A stretch of 32,000 nt of DNA from Haloferax volcanii DS2. GTDB taxonomy: Archaea; Halobacteriota; Halobacteria; Halobacteriales; Haloferacaceae. The translations under genes and the position numbers were made by a program. Below the pieces are notes generated by a model, which worked only from the letters and a program-made list of their open reading frames with translations, was not told the origin of the DNA and ran no database searches. Positions within the stretch are counted from its first letter, which is position 1, and each line of letters begins with the position of its first letter. Where the stretch lies: positions 210,001-242,000 of the forward strand of contig NC_013967.1 of the NCBI RefSeq assembly GCF_000025685.1, written 5' to 3'. Below are positions 1 through 9,535 of the stretch, piece after piece.

Positions 1-823
1 GCGCGACGGACACCTCGCTCACGTCGCGTTCGATGGTGTCGGTACCGACGACGCGCTCGATACCGGCGCGCGCGAGTTTCGTGCGGGCGTTGCGGGCGAG
101 AAGCGGGTGGACGGTCGCACAGAAGACGCGCTTCGCGCCGCCGTCGGCGAGGACGCCGACCGCCTCGCTCATGGTCGACCCGGTGGCGATGATGTCGTCG
201 GTGATGACCACGTCGCGGCCCTCGAAGTCGGCGTCGCTCGGCGTGATGTCCACGTCGGTCCCGGAGTGGCGCACCTTCTCGAAGTAGTCGGTCTCGCCCT
301 CGCCGTAGGCGTCGCGGACGGTCTCCGCGATGTCGATGGCTCCCGAGTCGGGCGACAGAAACAGCGGGGCGTCGAGTTCGGGGAGCGGCTCCGCGAGTCG
401 CCCGGCGGCGTCGACGATGTCGACGGGCACGTCGAAGAAGTCGGCGACGGCGTCCTCGTGGGGGTTGACGAGCACGACGCGGTCGGTCGTCGTGCTGACG
501 GCGCGGGCGACCGCGCGGGCCGAAATCGGGTGGCCGGCCTCGAACGCCTTGTCCTGTCGGGCGTAGCCCATGTACGGGATGACCGTCGTGACCGCCGATG
601 CGCCGGCCTCGCGGACGGCGTCTTGCAGTTGGAGCAGTTCGACGTAGGCGTCGTTGCTGGCGGTGCTGGCGACGATGGTGGCGGCGTCGGCGTCGAAACC
701 GGGGACCGCGGCCAGCGTCTCGCCGTCGGGGAAGCGGTCGTACTCGACGGCCGCGAGCGACTCGCCGAGTTCGTCGGCGAGCGCGGCCGCGAGTGCCTGC
801 GAGGATGCGCCGGGTACGAGCAT
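1..823 (-). CDS. prs: Ribose-phosphate pyrophosphokinase (PRPP synthetase), 3' end beyond the left window edge
   Basis: Manual reverse translation from ATG (rc of cat 821-823) gives MLVPGASSQALAAALADELGESLAAVEYDRFPDGE...VIPYMGYARQDK...DVVITDDIIATGSTMSEAV...ATVHPLL. These are the PRPP-synthetase ribose-5-P and PRPP-binding loop signatures. The ORF is absent from the track because it has no stop inside the window. Confidence 0.85.
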   Translation of the reverse strand, partial: MLVPGASSQALAAALADELGESLAAVEYDRFPDGETLAAVPGFDADAATIVASTASNDAYVELLQLQDAVREAGASAVTTVIPYMGYARQDKAFEAGHPISARAVARAVSTTTDRVVLVNPHEDAVADFFDVPVDIVDAAGRLAEPLPELDAPLFLSPDSGAIDIAETVRDAYGEGETDYFEKVRHSGTDVDITPSDADFEGRDVVITDDIIATGSTMSEAVGVLADGGAKRVFCATVHPLLARNARTKLARAGIERVVGTDTIERDVSEVSVA

Positions 824-883
824 ACCCGTTCGTCTCTCGTGGGGGGTAAAACCGCTTTTCGTTGCGTTCAGCCGCGTCGCGTG

Positions 884-1711
884 TCAGCGAACCGCGACGC
901 CGACCGTCTCTAACCCGAGCACCTGCGTCCGCCAGTCGCCCCCGGTCAGCCGAACGCAGAAGCTCCCCGCGTCGGTGACGGCGTAGGCGGCCCGCGCGTC
1001 GTGGGCGAGCGCGACGACCGACTCGTCCAGCGGAATCGGCGCGGCCTCCCACGCGCCCGACTCCTCGTCGCGCGCGACGACGCCGTCCGGGCCGACCGCG
1101 TGGGCGCGGCCGTCCGGCATCGACGCGACCGCCGAAAACGCCCCGTCGAGCGCGTCCATCCAGCCGTTGCCGAGCGCGTACAGTCCCGAGTCGGTCGCGG
1201 CGAGCGGGGTTCCCGAGTCGCCGCCGAGGCGGCCCGCGGGGTCGGACACGTCGGTCACGTCGTTCAAGCCGACGTGCGAGAGGCCGCCGTCACCGATTCG
1301 GTAGACGCCGTCGTCGGCCGCGACGAGGCTCCCGTCGAGGGCGCGGACCGCCCCGACCGCGCCGAGGTCGGTCCACCCGGACTCGTCGAAGCGGGCGACC
1401 CGACCCGAGTCGTCGGCGGCGACGACGCGATTGCGGTGGAAGCCGACGGCCGCCGCGGGGCCGAAGTCGAGTTCGTGGTAGTCGTCGCCCTGCACGAGCA
1501 GCACGTCCTCGTCGGTGGCGACGACGACTTCTCCGGGCGACCCGGCGGCGTCCAGCGCGGTACACCGGCGGTCGATGCGGAAGCCCCCGACGAGGTCGTC
1601 GGAGACGTCGACGGTCACGACCCCGACGCCGGCGGCGACGTACGCCGTCTGCTTGCCGGACTTGTCCGCGTACACCCGCTTTTCGTCGATAGAGAGGTCG
1701 AAATCAGCCAT
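884..1711 (-). CDS. Conserved hypothetical protein, probable beta-propeller-like repeat protein
   Basis: 275-aa ORF with an ATG start and acidic composition. It has recurring strand-turn units (VVVATDEDVLLV, VVAADDSGRVARF, LVAADDGVYRI, LAATDSGLYAL, AYAVTDAGSFCV). No catalytic motif recognised. Confidence 0.6.
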   Translation of the reverse strand: MADFDLSIDEKRVYADKSGKQTAYVAAGVGVVTVDVSDDLVGGFRIDRRCTALDAAGSPGEVVVATDEDVLLVQGDDYHELDFGPAAAVGFHRNRVVAADDSGRVARFDESGWTDLGAVGAVRALDGSLVAADDGVYRIGDGGLSHVGLNDVTDVSDPAGRLGGDSGTPLAATDSGLYALGNGWMDALDGAFSAVASMPDGRAHAVGPDGVVARDEESGAWEAAPIPLDESVVALAHDARAAYAVTDAGSFCVRLTGGDWRTQVLGLETVGVAVR

Positions 1712-1807
1712 CCGTTGGCCCGAGGTTCACGGCGGGGTTCGGAAAGGATTGTGGTCGTTCCCGCGGCGCGGCGACGGGCCGAACGGGCGCGCGAGTGAGC
1801 CGTGTGC

Positions 1808-2236
1808 TTACAGAAACTCCCGCACGTCGGAGTACCACATGTCGTGGTGGTCGAGTTCGTCGAGGGCCTCGGCCACGTCGACCGCGAGGACGTGCCAACA
1901 GCGCTCGCCCTCGTCGGGGTCGAGGTTGTACTGGGAGTCCTTGCAGGTACAGCCCCGGTCTTCGACCACGTACTCGTCGTCGTAGCCGACGACCACGTCG
2001 AAGTCGCGGTAGCGCTTCACCCGCCGCTCGGAGACGGCCTCGATGGCCGTGACGCCCCGGTCGCCGTGGGCGTCGACGATGGCCTGCACGATTTGCGGCG
2101 AGAGTCGCCCGGTCTCCGCGAGCGCCGCTCGCCAGTCGTCGGCCGAATCCACGCTCCCGAGTTCGTCGGTGGCGGTGAAAACGCATTCGATGCCGCGGGG
2201 TGGACCGACCGCCGCAATCGCGTCGTACAACCGCAT
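1808..2236 (-). CDS. SWIM-type zinc-finger protein
   Basis: Inside track ORF 1808..2395. I chose ATG at 2236 ([10 protein letters not shown]...) because the upstream extension is Arg-rich junk. The CxC...CxH signature ([20 protein letters not shown]) is typical of the SWIM zinc finger. Confidence 0.65.
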   Translation of the reverse strand: MRLYDAIAAVGPPRGIECVFTATDELGSVDSADDWRAALAETGRLSPQIVQAIVDAHGDRGVTAIEAVSERRVKRYRDFDVVVGYDDEYVVEDRGCTCKDSQYNLDPDEGERCWHVLAVDVAEALDELDHHDMWYSDVREFL

Positions 2237-2262
2237 CGCACAATCGCACCGCACAATCGCAT
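2237..2262. repeat. Tandem 13-bp direct repeat (CGCACAATCGCAC / CGCACAATCGCAT) in a 62-bp divergent intergenic region
   Basis: Read directly. The copies are at 2237-2249 and 2250-2262 with 12/13 identity. They lie between the start codons of the SWIM gene (2236, minus) and trm1 (2299, plus). Confidence 0.6.
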
Positions 2263-2298
2263 CGCAACCGGTTTCCGCTCGCGCGGGCGACTGCGGGT

Positions 2299-3429
2299 AT
2301 GCACGTGAGCGAGGGAGGCGTCGAAATCGAGGTTCCCGACGCCCGCGACGGGGCGTCAGCGGGGACCGGCGACGATGTCTTCTACAACCCCACACAGGAG
2401 TTGAACCGGGACATCACCGCGGCCGTCCTCCGCGCCTTCCGCGAGCGCGAACCCCGCGCCGAGAGCTACCTCGACGCGATGGCCGCCTCGGGCATCCGGG
2501 GCGTCCGCGCCGCCGCCGAGGGCTACGACGTGACCTGCGCCGACCTCGACGCCGACGCCGTCGAACTCGCCCAGTCGAACCTCGACCGCGCCGGCAACGG
2601 CGGCGAGGCGGTCCACCGCAACGCCAACGCCCTCATGTACGACGAGGTCTTCGACGTGGTCGACCTCGACCCCTTCGGCACGCCGATGCCCTTCGCCGAC
2701 CCCACGTTCGCCAACACCCGCGACCTCGTCTGCGTCACCGCCACCGACACCGCCCCGCTGTGCGGCGCACACCAGAAAAGCGGCATCCGAAAGTACGGCT
2801 GTCTCCCGCAGAACACCGACTACCACCCCGAGATGGGGCTTCGAACCCTCCTCGGCGCGATGGTCCGCACCGCCGCCCGCTACGACAAGGCGGCCGTCCC
2901 GATTCTCTCGCACGCGACGCGTCACTACGCGCGGGCGTATCTCGAACTCGACGAGCGGGCGACGAAGGCCGACGAACTCCTCGAATCGACCGGCTTCGTC
3001 TACCACTGCGAGGACTGCCTCCACCGCGAGGCCGAGCGCTCGCTGGTCGCCCACCCGCCCGAGGCGTGCGCTAACTGCGACTCGACCCGGATTCTCGAAG
3101 CCGGCCCCATCTGGCTCGGTCCCGTCTCCGAACCGGCGTTCGCCGGGGCCGTCCGCGACGAGGTGACAGAGGACTTCGGCACCGCGAAACGCGCCCGAAA
3201 GCTCCTCGACACGCTCGCGGTCGAACTCGACACGCCGACCCACTTCGACCAGCACCGCCTCTGTAAGCTCTGGGGCCGGTCGGCCTCGAAGATGGAGACG
3301 TTCCTCGAAACCCTCCGCGACGCCGGCTACGACGCCACCCCCGCCCACTACCACGGCACCGCGTTCAAGACCGACGCGACGGTCGCTGAGATACGCGAGG
3401 TGACCGCCGCGCTCGACCCCGAGGCCTGA
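2299..3429 (+). CDS. trm1: tRNA (guanine26-N2)-dimethyltransferase Trm1
   Basis: ATG at 2299 inside track ORF 2200..3429. Motifs seen: [11 protein letters not shown], the [11 protein letters not shown]-MTase motif, and the C-terminal Cys cluster CEDC...CANC typical of archaeal Trm1. Confidence 0.9.
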   Translation: MHVSEGGVEIEVPDARDGASAGTGDDVFYNPTQELNRDITAAVLRAFREREPRAESYLDAMAASGIRGVRAAAEGYDVTCADLDADAVELAQSNLDRAGNGGEAVHRNANALMYDEVFDVVDLDPFGTPMPFADPTFANTRDLVCVTATDTAPLCGAHQKSGIRKYGCLPQNTDYHPEMGLRTLLGAMVRTAARYDKAAVPILSHATRHYARAYLELDERATKADELLESTGFVYHCEDCLHREAERSLVAHPPEACANCDSTRILEAGPIWLGPVSEPAFAGAVRDEVTEDFGTAKRARKLLDTLAVELDTPTHFDQHRLCKLWGRSASKMETFLETLRDAGYDATPAHYHGTAFKTDATVAEIREVTAALDPEA

Positions 3430-3506
3430 GAACGACCCCGCGTAACCGACCTACGGCGTCACTTCGGCGGGTAGCTTCTTTGCCTCCCGTGTCGTTTCGG
3501 TGATAC

Positions 3507-4844
3507 GTGAGCGCCAACATCCGAACCGCCGTTCCCGTCGCGCGGGCGGTCGTCGACACGATTCGGGAGAAGGAAATCTCGTTTCTCGCGGCCAGCATCT
3601 CGTACTACGCGCTCGTCTCGCTGATTCCGCTTCTCGTCCTCGGCGTCGTCGTCGCCACCGCCGTCGGCGGCGCGGCGTTGCAGGCACAACTCCAGACGCT
3701 CGTCGAACAGTACCTCGTTCCGACGGGCCAGGGCCTCGTCGAGGAGGCGCTTTCCGACCGAACCGGGCAGGGAAGCGTCGGGGCGGTGGGCCTCGGGCTG
3801 ACGGTGTGGGGCGCGCTGAAGCTCTTTCGCGGCCTCGACATCGCCTTCTCGCGCATCTACGGCTCGGAGGCGGGCGGCCTCCTCGACCAGCTCCGCGACG
3901 GCGCAATCGCCCTCGCCAGCATCGGCGTCGGCACCATCGGCGTCGCGGTGCTGACCGCGCTGCTCGGCCTCCTTGACGTGCCGTTTCTCCAACTGCTCTC
4001 GCCGCTTTTGCTGTTGCTCACGCTCTGTGCGGCGTTCTTCCCGCTGTACTACGTCTTCCCCGACGCCGACCTCTCGCCGCGACAGGTCGTGCCGGGGACC
4101 GTCTTCGCGGCCGTCGGCTGGACCCTCCTCGGGGTCGGCTTCGGCATCTACGCGTCGGTGGCCGGCGCGTCGGTCGCGGGCGCGCTCGGGACGCTCCTGT
4201 TGCTCGTGACGTGGTTTTACTTCTCGGGGCTCATCCTGATTTCCGGCGCGGTCGTCAACGCGGTCCTCGCGGGGGTCGGGGGCGACGCGTCGCCCGCAGA
4301 ACCGCGTGACCCGCCGGGGGGACCGCGCGGAGTGGACCGGCAGGTACAACATACGGGAGGCCGACATGACGCTCGTACGGATATGAGCGACGACCGAGGT
4401 GACACCGATGGGCCGCGGACGGAGGACGCCGACGACGCGGAGACCGGCGCGTCCGTCTCCCCGCGCGGCGCTCCCGACATCGAGGAGCTGGAATCGCAGG
4501 TCGAGGAACTTCGGGCCGACCTCGACGCGTTCGAGGACGACGTGACCGACCGGACGGTCGAAAAGCCCAAGCTCGAAGCCGAGTTGAAGCGCTACGTCCG
4601 CCGCCGGATGCGCCGCGGCAAGGCCCGCGGGTGGGGTCCCTACCTCGTGCTCGGCTACGGCGTCGTCCTCACGCTCGGCGCGTTTCACTACCTCCAGTCG
4701 GACCTCATCGCGGTCGTCGCCATGCTCATCATCTTCCTATCGACGCTCGGACTCTACGTCCTATTCGTCATCTTCGGCATCGGCCTGAGCGCCCTCGGCG
4801 TCCCCGGGCGCGCCATCGACGCGGTCCGCAAACGCCGCGGCTGA
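3507..4844 (+). CDS. YihY/BrkB-family membrane protein with a C-terminal coiled-coil plus 2-TM extension
   Basis: 445-aa ORF with a GTG start. The N-terminal ~270 aa have a multi-TM YihY-like pattern (SFLAASISYYALVSLIPLL..., FYFSGLILISGAVVNAV). The C-terminal part is acidic, carries the heptad-like IEELESQVEELRADLDAFEDDV, and ends in two hydrophobic helices. Confidence 0.8.
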   Translation: MSANIRTAVPVARAVVDTIREKEISFLAASISYYALVSLIPLLVLGVVVATAVGGAALQAQLQTLVEQYLVPTGQGLVEEALSDRTGQGSVGAVGLGLTVWGALKLFRGLDIAFSRIYGSEAGGLLDQLRDGAIALASIGVGTIGVAVLTALLGLLDVPFLQLLSPLLLLLTLCAAFFPLYYVFPDADLSPRQVVPGTVFAAVGWTLLGVGFGIYASVAGASVAGALGTLLLLVTWFYFSGLILISGAVVNAVLAGVGGDASPAEPRDPPGGPRGVDRQVQHTGGRHDARTDMSDDRGDTDGPRTEDADDAETGASVSPRGAPDIEELESQVEELRADLDAFEDDVTDRTVEKPKLEAELKRYVRRRMRRGKARGWGPYLVLGYGVVLTLGAFHYLQSDLIAVVAMLIIFLSTLGLYVLFVIFGIGLSALGVPGRAIDAVRKRRG

Positions 4845-4845
4845 G

Positions 4846-5811
4846 ATGTTCCGGTCCGCGCTTTCGCTTCAGACCCGCGGGTTCGGGGAGTTGGTGCTCG
4901 CGGACGCCCCGGACGCGCTCGTCTTCCTGTTCGGTCTCGTCACCCAACTCGGAGACCAGTGGTTCTTCTTCGTCGCGTTCACCTCGCTGTACTGGCTCTG
5001 TCGGCCCCGAATCACGGCGCGCCCGCGGCGAACCGCGGCCTCCTTCGTCGGCCTCGCGCTCGGGTCGCTGGCGCTCGTCACCGCGCTGAAAGTCGGATTC
5101 GCCCTGCCGCGACCGCCGACCGCGGCCGTCGCCGCCGCGCCCGCGTGGCCGTCGCCGCTTTCGGACCTGTTCGTCTCGTTCACGACGGACGACGGCTTCG
5201 GGTTCCCGAGCGGCCACGCCCTCGGGACGACCGTCGTCTACGGGGCCGCGGTCTCGCTTCTCGACGTGTGGGACCGTCGCCGCCGGCTCGTCGCCGCGGC
5301 GGTCGTCGTCGGCATCGTCTCGCTCTCGCGGGTCTTCCTCGGCGTCCACTACGGTGTCGACATCGTCGTCGGCGTCCTCCTTGGCCTCGGCTTCCTGAAG
5401 GCGGTGTCCGTGGTCGCCGCCGCGGACGACCCCGACGCGACCGGCCATCTCGACCCGGCGCGCCTGTTCGCCATCGCGGCCGGCCTCAGCGTCCTCGCGC
5501 TCGCGGTGGTGTTCGCCACGGGTCTCTCCGGGCACACCGAAAACGCCGCGGCGGCGCTCGGCGGGTCGCTCGGCGGTCTCTTCGGCTGGACGCGACTCGC
5601 CGGCCACGAGTCGCTCCCGACGCTGTCGCCGCCGGTCGCGCTCGTCGCGTTCCTCGGCGCGGGCGGCCTCTGGGTCGGCGTCGACGTTGCCGACGCCTCG
5701 GTTCCGGTGACGGTGCTCGTCACCGCGGCGGTGGTCGCGTTCATCCTCGTCGCGCCGCGGATACAGGGCCGACTCGGGCTCGGAAACGGAGCGACCCGGC
5801 GCGCCGACTGA
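4846..5811 (+). CDS. PAP2-family (type 2 phosphatidic acid / undecaprenyl-PP) phosphatase, membrane protein
   Basis: All three acid-phosphatase motifs are present in order: K-x6-RP (KVGFALPRP), PSGH, and SR-x5-H-x3-D (SRVFLGVHYGVD). Several TM segments. Confidence 0.8.
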   Translation: MFRSALSLQTRGFGELVLADAPDALVFLFGLVTQLGDQWFFFVAFTSLYWLCRPRITARPRRTAASFVGLALGSLALVTALKVGFALPRPPTAAVAAAPAWPSPLSDLFVSFTTDDGFGFPSGHALGTTVVYGAAVSLLDVWDRRRRLVAAAVVVGIVSLSRVFLGVHYGVDIVVGVLLGLGFLKAVSVVAAADDPDATGHLDPARLFAIAAGLSVLALAVVFATGLSGHTENAAAALGGSLGGLFGWTRLAGHESLPTLSPPVALVAFLGAGGLWVGVDVADASVPVTVLVTAAVVAFILVAPRIQGRLGLGNGATRRAD

Positions 5812-5911
5812 GAGCCTGTTTCGGTGTGTTGCTCAGGTTCTAGGTAGTGTTGTCTCTGGTTTCTCGCCGACTGCGATACCGGTGGCTGTCGCTCTCCGGC
5901 GAGCGGGCGCG

Positions 5912-5920
5912 AAAGAAAAA
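5912..5920 (-). terminator. Possible oligo-T terminator of glnA (TTTTTCTTT on the minus strand)
   Basis: The plus strand reads aaagaaaaa 24-32 nt downstream of the glnA stop. It is followed by an imperfect hairpin, CTCGCCG...CGGCGAG. Haloarchaeal terminators are commonly T-tracts. Confidence 0.3.
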
Positions 5921-5943
5921 TCGGTGTTGGGCGTGCGCGACGC

Positions 5944-7314
5944 TTAGAACGTCTCGAGGTACCGGTCGAGCTCCCACTGGGAGACGTCGACGAGGTAGTC
6001 CTTGAACTCGGAGCGCTTGGCTTCGACGAACTTCTCGAAGACGTGGTCGCCCAGGGCCTCCTGGATGACTTCGTCCTCTTCGAGGGCGTCGACGGCGCCG
6101 CCGAGGTCCTTCGGGAGCGTCTCGATGCCGTACTCTTCGCGCTTTGCCTCGTCGAACTCGTAGATGTTCTCGCGGACCGGGTCGGGGCAGTCGAGGCCCT
6201 TCTCGACGCCGTCGAGACCGGCGTGGATGAGCGCGGCGAACGCGAGGTACGGGTTACAGGACGGGTCGGGGAAGCGGGCCTCGATGCGCGAGGCGGCCGG
6301 CGTGCGGGCGGCCGGCTTGCGGATGAGCGCCGAGCGGTTGCGGTCGGACCACGCGATGTAGACCGGCGCTTCGTAGCCGGGGACGAGGCGCTTGTAGGAG
6401 TTGACCGTCGGGTCAGCGACCGCCGTGATGGCGGGCGCGTGGTCGAGGATGCCCGCGACGAAGCTCTTGGCCGTGTCGCTCAGGTCGAACTCGTCGTCGC
6501 CGTCGTGGAACGCGTTCTCGCCGTCCTTGAACAGCGAGATGTGCGTGTGCATGCCGGAGCCGTTGATGCGCGGGATTGGCTTGGGCATGAACGTCGCGTG
6601 GAGGTCGTGTTCGGCCGCGATGGCGCGGACGACGGACCGGAACGTTGCGACGTTGTCGGCCGTCGAGAGGGCGTCGTCGTACGTGAAGTTAATCTCGTGC
6701 TGACCCTCGGCGACCTCGTGGTGCGAGGCTTCGATGTCGAAGCCCATGCTTTCGAGGCCGTAGATGATGTCGCGGCGCACGTCGGACGCGAGGTCCTTCG
6801 GGGCGAGGTCGAAGTAGCCGCCGGCGTCGTTCGTGACGGTCGTCGCGCGGCCGTCTTCGTCTTCTTCGAACAGGAAGAACTCCGGTTCGGGAGCGACGTT
6901 CACGTCATAGCCGAGTTCCTCGGCGCGCTCGATAGCGCGCTTGAGGACGCCACGCGGGTCGCCGCTGAAGGGCTCGCCGGTGGACGTGTTGAACACGTCA
7001 CAGATGAGACGGCCGGCGGCGCTGTTTTCCTTCTTCCGCCACGGGAGGACGGCGAACGTCGACGGGTCGGGTTCGAGGCGCATGTCGGACTCCTGGATGC
7101 GCACGAAGCCGTCGATGGAGGAACCGTCGAAGTAGATGCCCTCGGTGAACGCCTTCTCGGCCTGCGAAGCCGGGATGGAGACGTTCTTCACCGTTCCGAG
7201 AATGTCGGTGAACTGGAGTCGGAGGAAGTCGACGTTCTTCTCTTCGATTTCGTCGATGACTGCCTGTGCCTCGTCGCTCAGGCCGCCGTCGGTGAGTGCG
7301 TTGTCTTCCGTCAT
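5944..7314 (-). CDS. glnA: Glutamine synthetase, type I
   Basis: Hallmark GS-I sequence: [57 protein letters not shown] at 7314 is preferred over the GTG at 7326 that opens the track ORF, because the TATA-like element at 7346-7351 places the TSS between them. Confidence 0.95.
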
Positions 7315-7440
7315 TTTCCTGAACACGCGATTCGAACACCCGCACTATAAAGACATTTCCGCTTAATGCAATTCCCCGCACCTCGCCACAGAATTGGATA
7401 TTCGTAAAATTCTAATGCCCCCGGACGGTCTTTGGATGTA
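7315..7440. promoter_or_regulatory. Divergent glnA / lrp promoter region with two TATA-like boxes
   Basis: tataaa at 7346-7351 reads TTTATA on the minus strand, about 34 nt upstream of the glnA ATG. TAAAAT at 7405-7410 lies about 33 nt upstream of the lrp ATG. This geometry fits short-leader or leaderless haloarchaeal transcripts. Confidence 0.5.
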
Positions 7441-7899
7441 ATGACGTACGAAAACCTCGACGCGAAGCTCATCAATGCGCTCCTCGGCGACGGTCGAGCG
7501 AGTCTGCGAAGCCTCGCCGAAGAGCTCGACGTGTCGGTGACGACCGTCTCGAACCACCTGCGAGACCTCGAAGACGAAGGCGTCATCGAGGGCTACACGC
7601 CGCGGGTGAACTACGACGCGCTCGGCTACGACGTGACCGCGGTCATCCAACTCAAAGTCGAGGGCTCCGCGCTCCCCGAGATTACAGAGCGCCTCCGCGC
7701 CGAAAAGCAGATGATTTCGGTGTACGAGGTCACCGGCGACTACGACATCATCGCCATCGGCAAGTTCCGCGACACCGACGGCATGAACACGCAGATCAAG
7801 AAACTGCTCACCGACGCGGACATCCGCGAGTCCAACACCTCGGTCGTGCTCAACGCCGTCACCGAAAACGAGCAGTTCGACCTCGACCTCGAAGAGTAA
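7441..7899 (+). CDS. lrp: Lrp/AsnC-family transcriptional regulator
   Basis: N-terminal HTH ([44 protein letters not shown]) followed by a RAM/AsnC_trans_reg domain (AVIQLKVEG...[13 protein letters not shown]). ATG at 7441 is preferred over the TTG at 7432. Confidence 0.9.
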   Translation: MTYENLDAKLINALLGDGRASLRSLAEELDVSVTTVSNHLRDLEDEGVIEGYTPRVNYDALGYDVTAVIQLKVEGSALPEITERLRAEKQMISVYEVTGDYDIIAIGKFRDTDGMNTQIKKLLTDADIRESNTSVVLNAVTENEQFDLDLEE

Positions 7900-7904
7900 C
7901 GCCG

Positions 7905-8057
7905 TCAGACGATTCGCGTTTTTACGTCGCGCATCTCCGACTTGCAGTAGGGACACCGATATCGCGTGTCGAAGCCGTCGGGCGTCGTCTTCGTCGTCGT
8001 CTCTATCTCGTGGACCGCCACGTCGCGTCCACACTCCCGGCACTGAACCGCTGGCAT
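7905..8057 (-). CDS. Small zinc-finger protein (50 aa, CxxC...CxxC)
   Basis: Below the track's size cutoff, so found by manual translation: MPAVQCRECGRDVAVHEIETTTKTTPDGFDTRYRCPYCKSEMRDVKTRIV. It has an ATG start. ATTTAT on the minus strand at about 8083-8090 is correctly spaced for a leaderless start. Confidence 0.55.
   Translation of the reverse strand: MPAVQCRECGRDVAVHEIETTTKTTPDGFDTRYRCPYCKSEMRDVKTRIV
7919..7923 (+). terminator. Possible T5 terminator of lrp
   Basis: TTTTT begins 20 nt after the lrp stop. The tract lies inside the convergent micro-protein gene, where it is read as VKT on the other strand. Confidence 0.3.
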
Positions 8058-8336
8058 CGGTTCGTGTTCGTCGACTGGGCGGAATAAATCTACTGGCGTG
8101 TGTGTATAGTTATCATCAAATTGTCTGTATCCGGACGGGAACCGCTTCGACTGGAGAATCTACGGTTTTCGGTCGATACGCTCCGTCCGAACCCCGCGTT
8201 TCCGGGTCGATTTCGGCGGCCGTTCGAAGGCTACTGTTTCGACTGGAAAACCCGATGACGTGGCGCGATTCCTCGGTGGATAAACTGGAGACGAAATGTT
8301 GCGAGTTTTCGCTGCCCGGCGGAGCCGGCGGTCCGG

Positions 8337-9419
8337 TCAGAACCCGTCTTCGAAGACGAACGTGCCGTCTCGCTGGACGACCTCGCCGTCGACCTCGATG
8401 ACCGAGTCCTCGGACATATCGACGATCATGTCGACGTGCTCGGCGCTCTCGTTGAGTTCGTTGTCCGCGCCGACCGTCTCGGGGTACGCCGAGCCGACGG
8501 CCATGTGGACGGTGTCGCCCATCTTCTCGTCGAACAGCATGTTGTAGGTGAACTGGTCGATGCCGCGGTTCATGCCGATGCCGAGTTCGCCGAGATAGCG
8601 CGCGCCCTCGTCGGTGTCGAACACGCCGTCTAAGACCTCCTCGTTGCCCTCGGCGGAGTAGTCGACGACCTCGCCGTCCTCGAAGCGGACGCGGACGCCG
8701 GAGACCTCGCGGCCCTGCCGGTACAGCGGCAGGTCGAAGTGGACCTCGCCGTTCACGGAGTCCCTCACGGGCGCGGTGAACACCTCGCCGCCGGGGAGGT
8801 TGTGTTCGGCCGTGTCGTTGATGGCGGTGTTGCCGGCGATGCTCATCGTCACGTCGGTCTCGTCGCCCGACGTGATGCGGACCTCGTCGCCGTCGTTGAG
8901 GATGTCGACCAACTGCTGTTGGAGTTCGCCCTGCGCGTCCCAGTCGAGGGTGACGGCGTCGTAGACGAAGTTCTCGTAGGCTTCGGTGCTCATGCCCGCG
9001 AGCTGGGCGCTCCCCTTCGCGGGGTACTGGGTGAGACACCAGCGCTTCGAGAGCATCTCGCCCTGCACGGGTTTGTAGGCGCGCTTGTACGCGGCGTTCG
9101 TCTCCGGCGGCACGTCGCTCTGTTCGGTCGCGTTCGTCTCGCCGCGGACGCGGATGATGACGTCGGTCTCCTCGTAAAGCGCCAGCACGTGCTCGGGCGT
9201 CTCGTAGTCGTCGTCGCCGGCGCGGAGGAACGCGCGGGTGAACCGCGGGTTCGCGTCCATCGCGACGACGTTCGCGCCGCGGTCGCCGAGCAGTTCGTGG
9301 ATGGCCGTGACGAGGTCCTCGGCCACCGAGGGCGCGGAGACGACGACGTTGTCGCCGGCCTCGACGCTCGTGGAGTGGTCGACGATGGTTCGTGCGTGCT
9401 CGCGGATGCGCGGGTCCAT
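8337..9419 (-). CDS. M29-family aminopeptidase (AmpS/PepS-like thermophilic metalloprotease)
   Basis: ATG at 9419 (MDPRIREHARTIVDHS...). Family-typical segments: LTQYPAKGSAQLAGMS, NLPGGEVFTAP, ELGIGMN, FDEKMGDTVHMAVGSAY. Confidence 0.85.
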   Translation of the reverse strand: MDPRIREHARTIVDHSTSVEAGDNVVVSAPSVAEDLVTAIHELLGDRGANVVAMDANPRFTRAFLRAGDDDYETPEHVLALYEETDVIIRVRGETNATEQSDVPPETNAAYKRAYKPVQGEMLSKRWCLTQYPAKGSAQLAGMSTEAYENFVYDAVTLDWDAQGELQQQLVDILNDGDEVRITSGDETDVTMSIAGNTAINDTAEHNLPGGEVFTAPVRDSVNGEVHFDLPLYRQGREVSGVRVRFEDGEVVDYSAEGNEEVLDGVFDTDEGARYLGELGIGMNRGIDQFTYNMLFDEKMGDTVHMAVGSAYPETVGADNELNESAEHVDMIVDMSEDSVIEVDGEVVQRDGTFVFEDGF

Positions 9420-9535
9420 ACCGCGTCGTGTGTGCCCCCGGGGCAAACACCTTTCGAAGCGCAAATATTGCGGCCGCGGCCGAGAACGCCCCGCGGACCA
9501 CCGATTATTTCTCCGTCGGCGCGGTCTCTCCGCGC

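Noticed and set aside
107-913. 268-aa plus-strand ORF at the left edge
   Set aside because: It is antisense to the prs gene, whose reverse translation is unmistakable. Its composition is Gly/Asp/Val/Arg-rich with no motifs.
8116-9501. 461-aa minus-strand ORF overlapping the aminopeptidase
   Set aside because: It is on the same strand as the M29 aminopeptidase but in a different frame. It is poly-Arg rich, and the alternative frame gives a textbook enzyme sequence.
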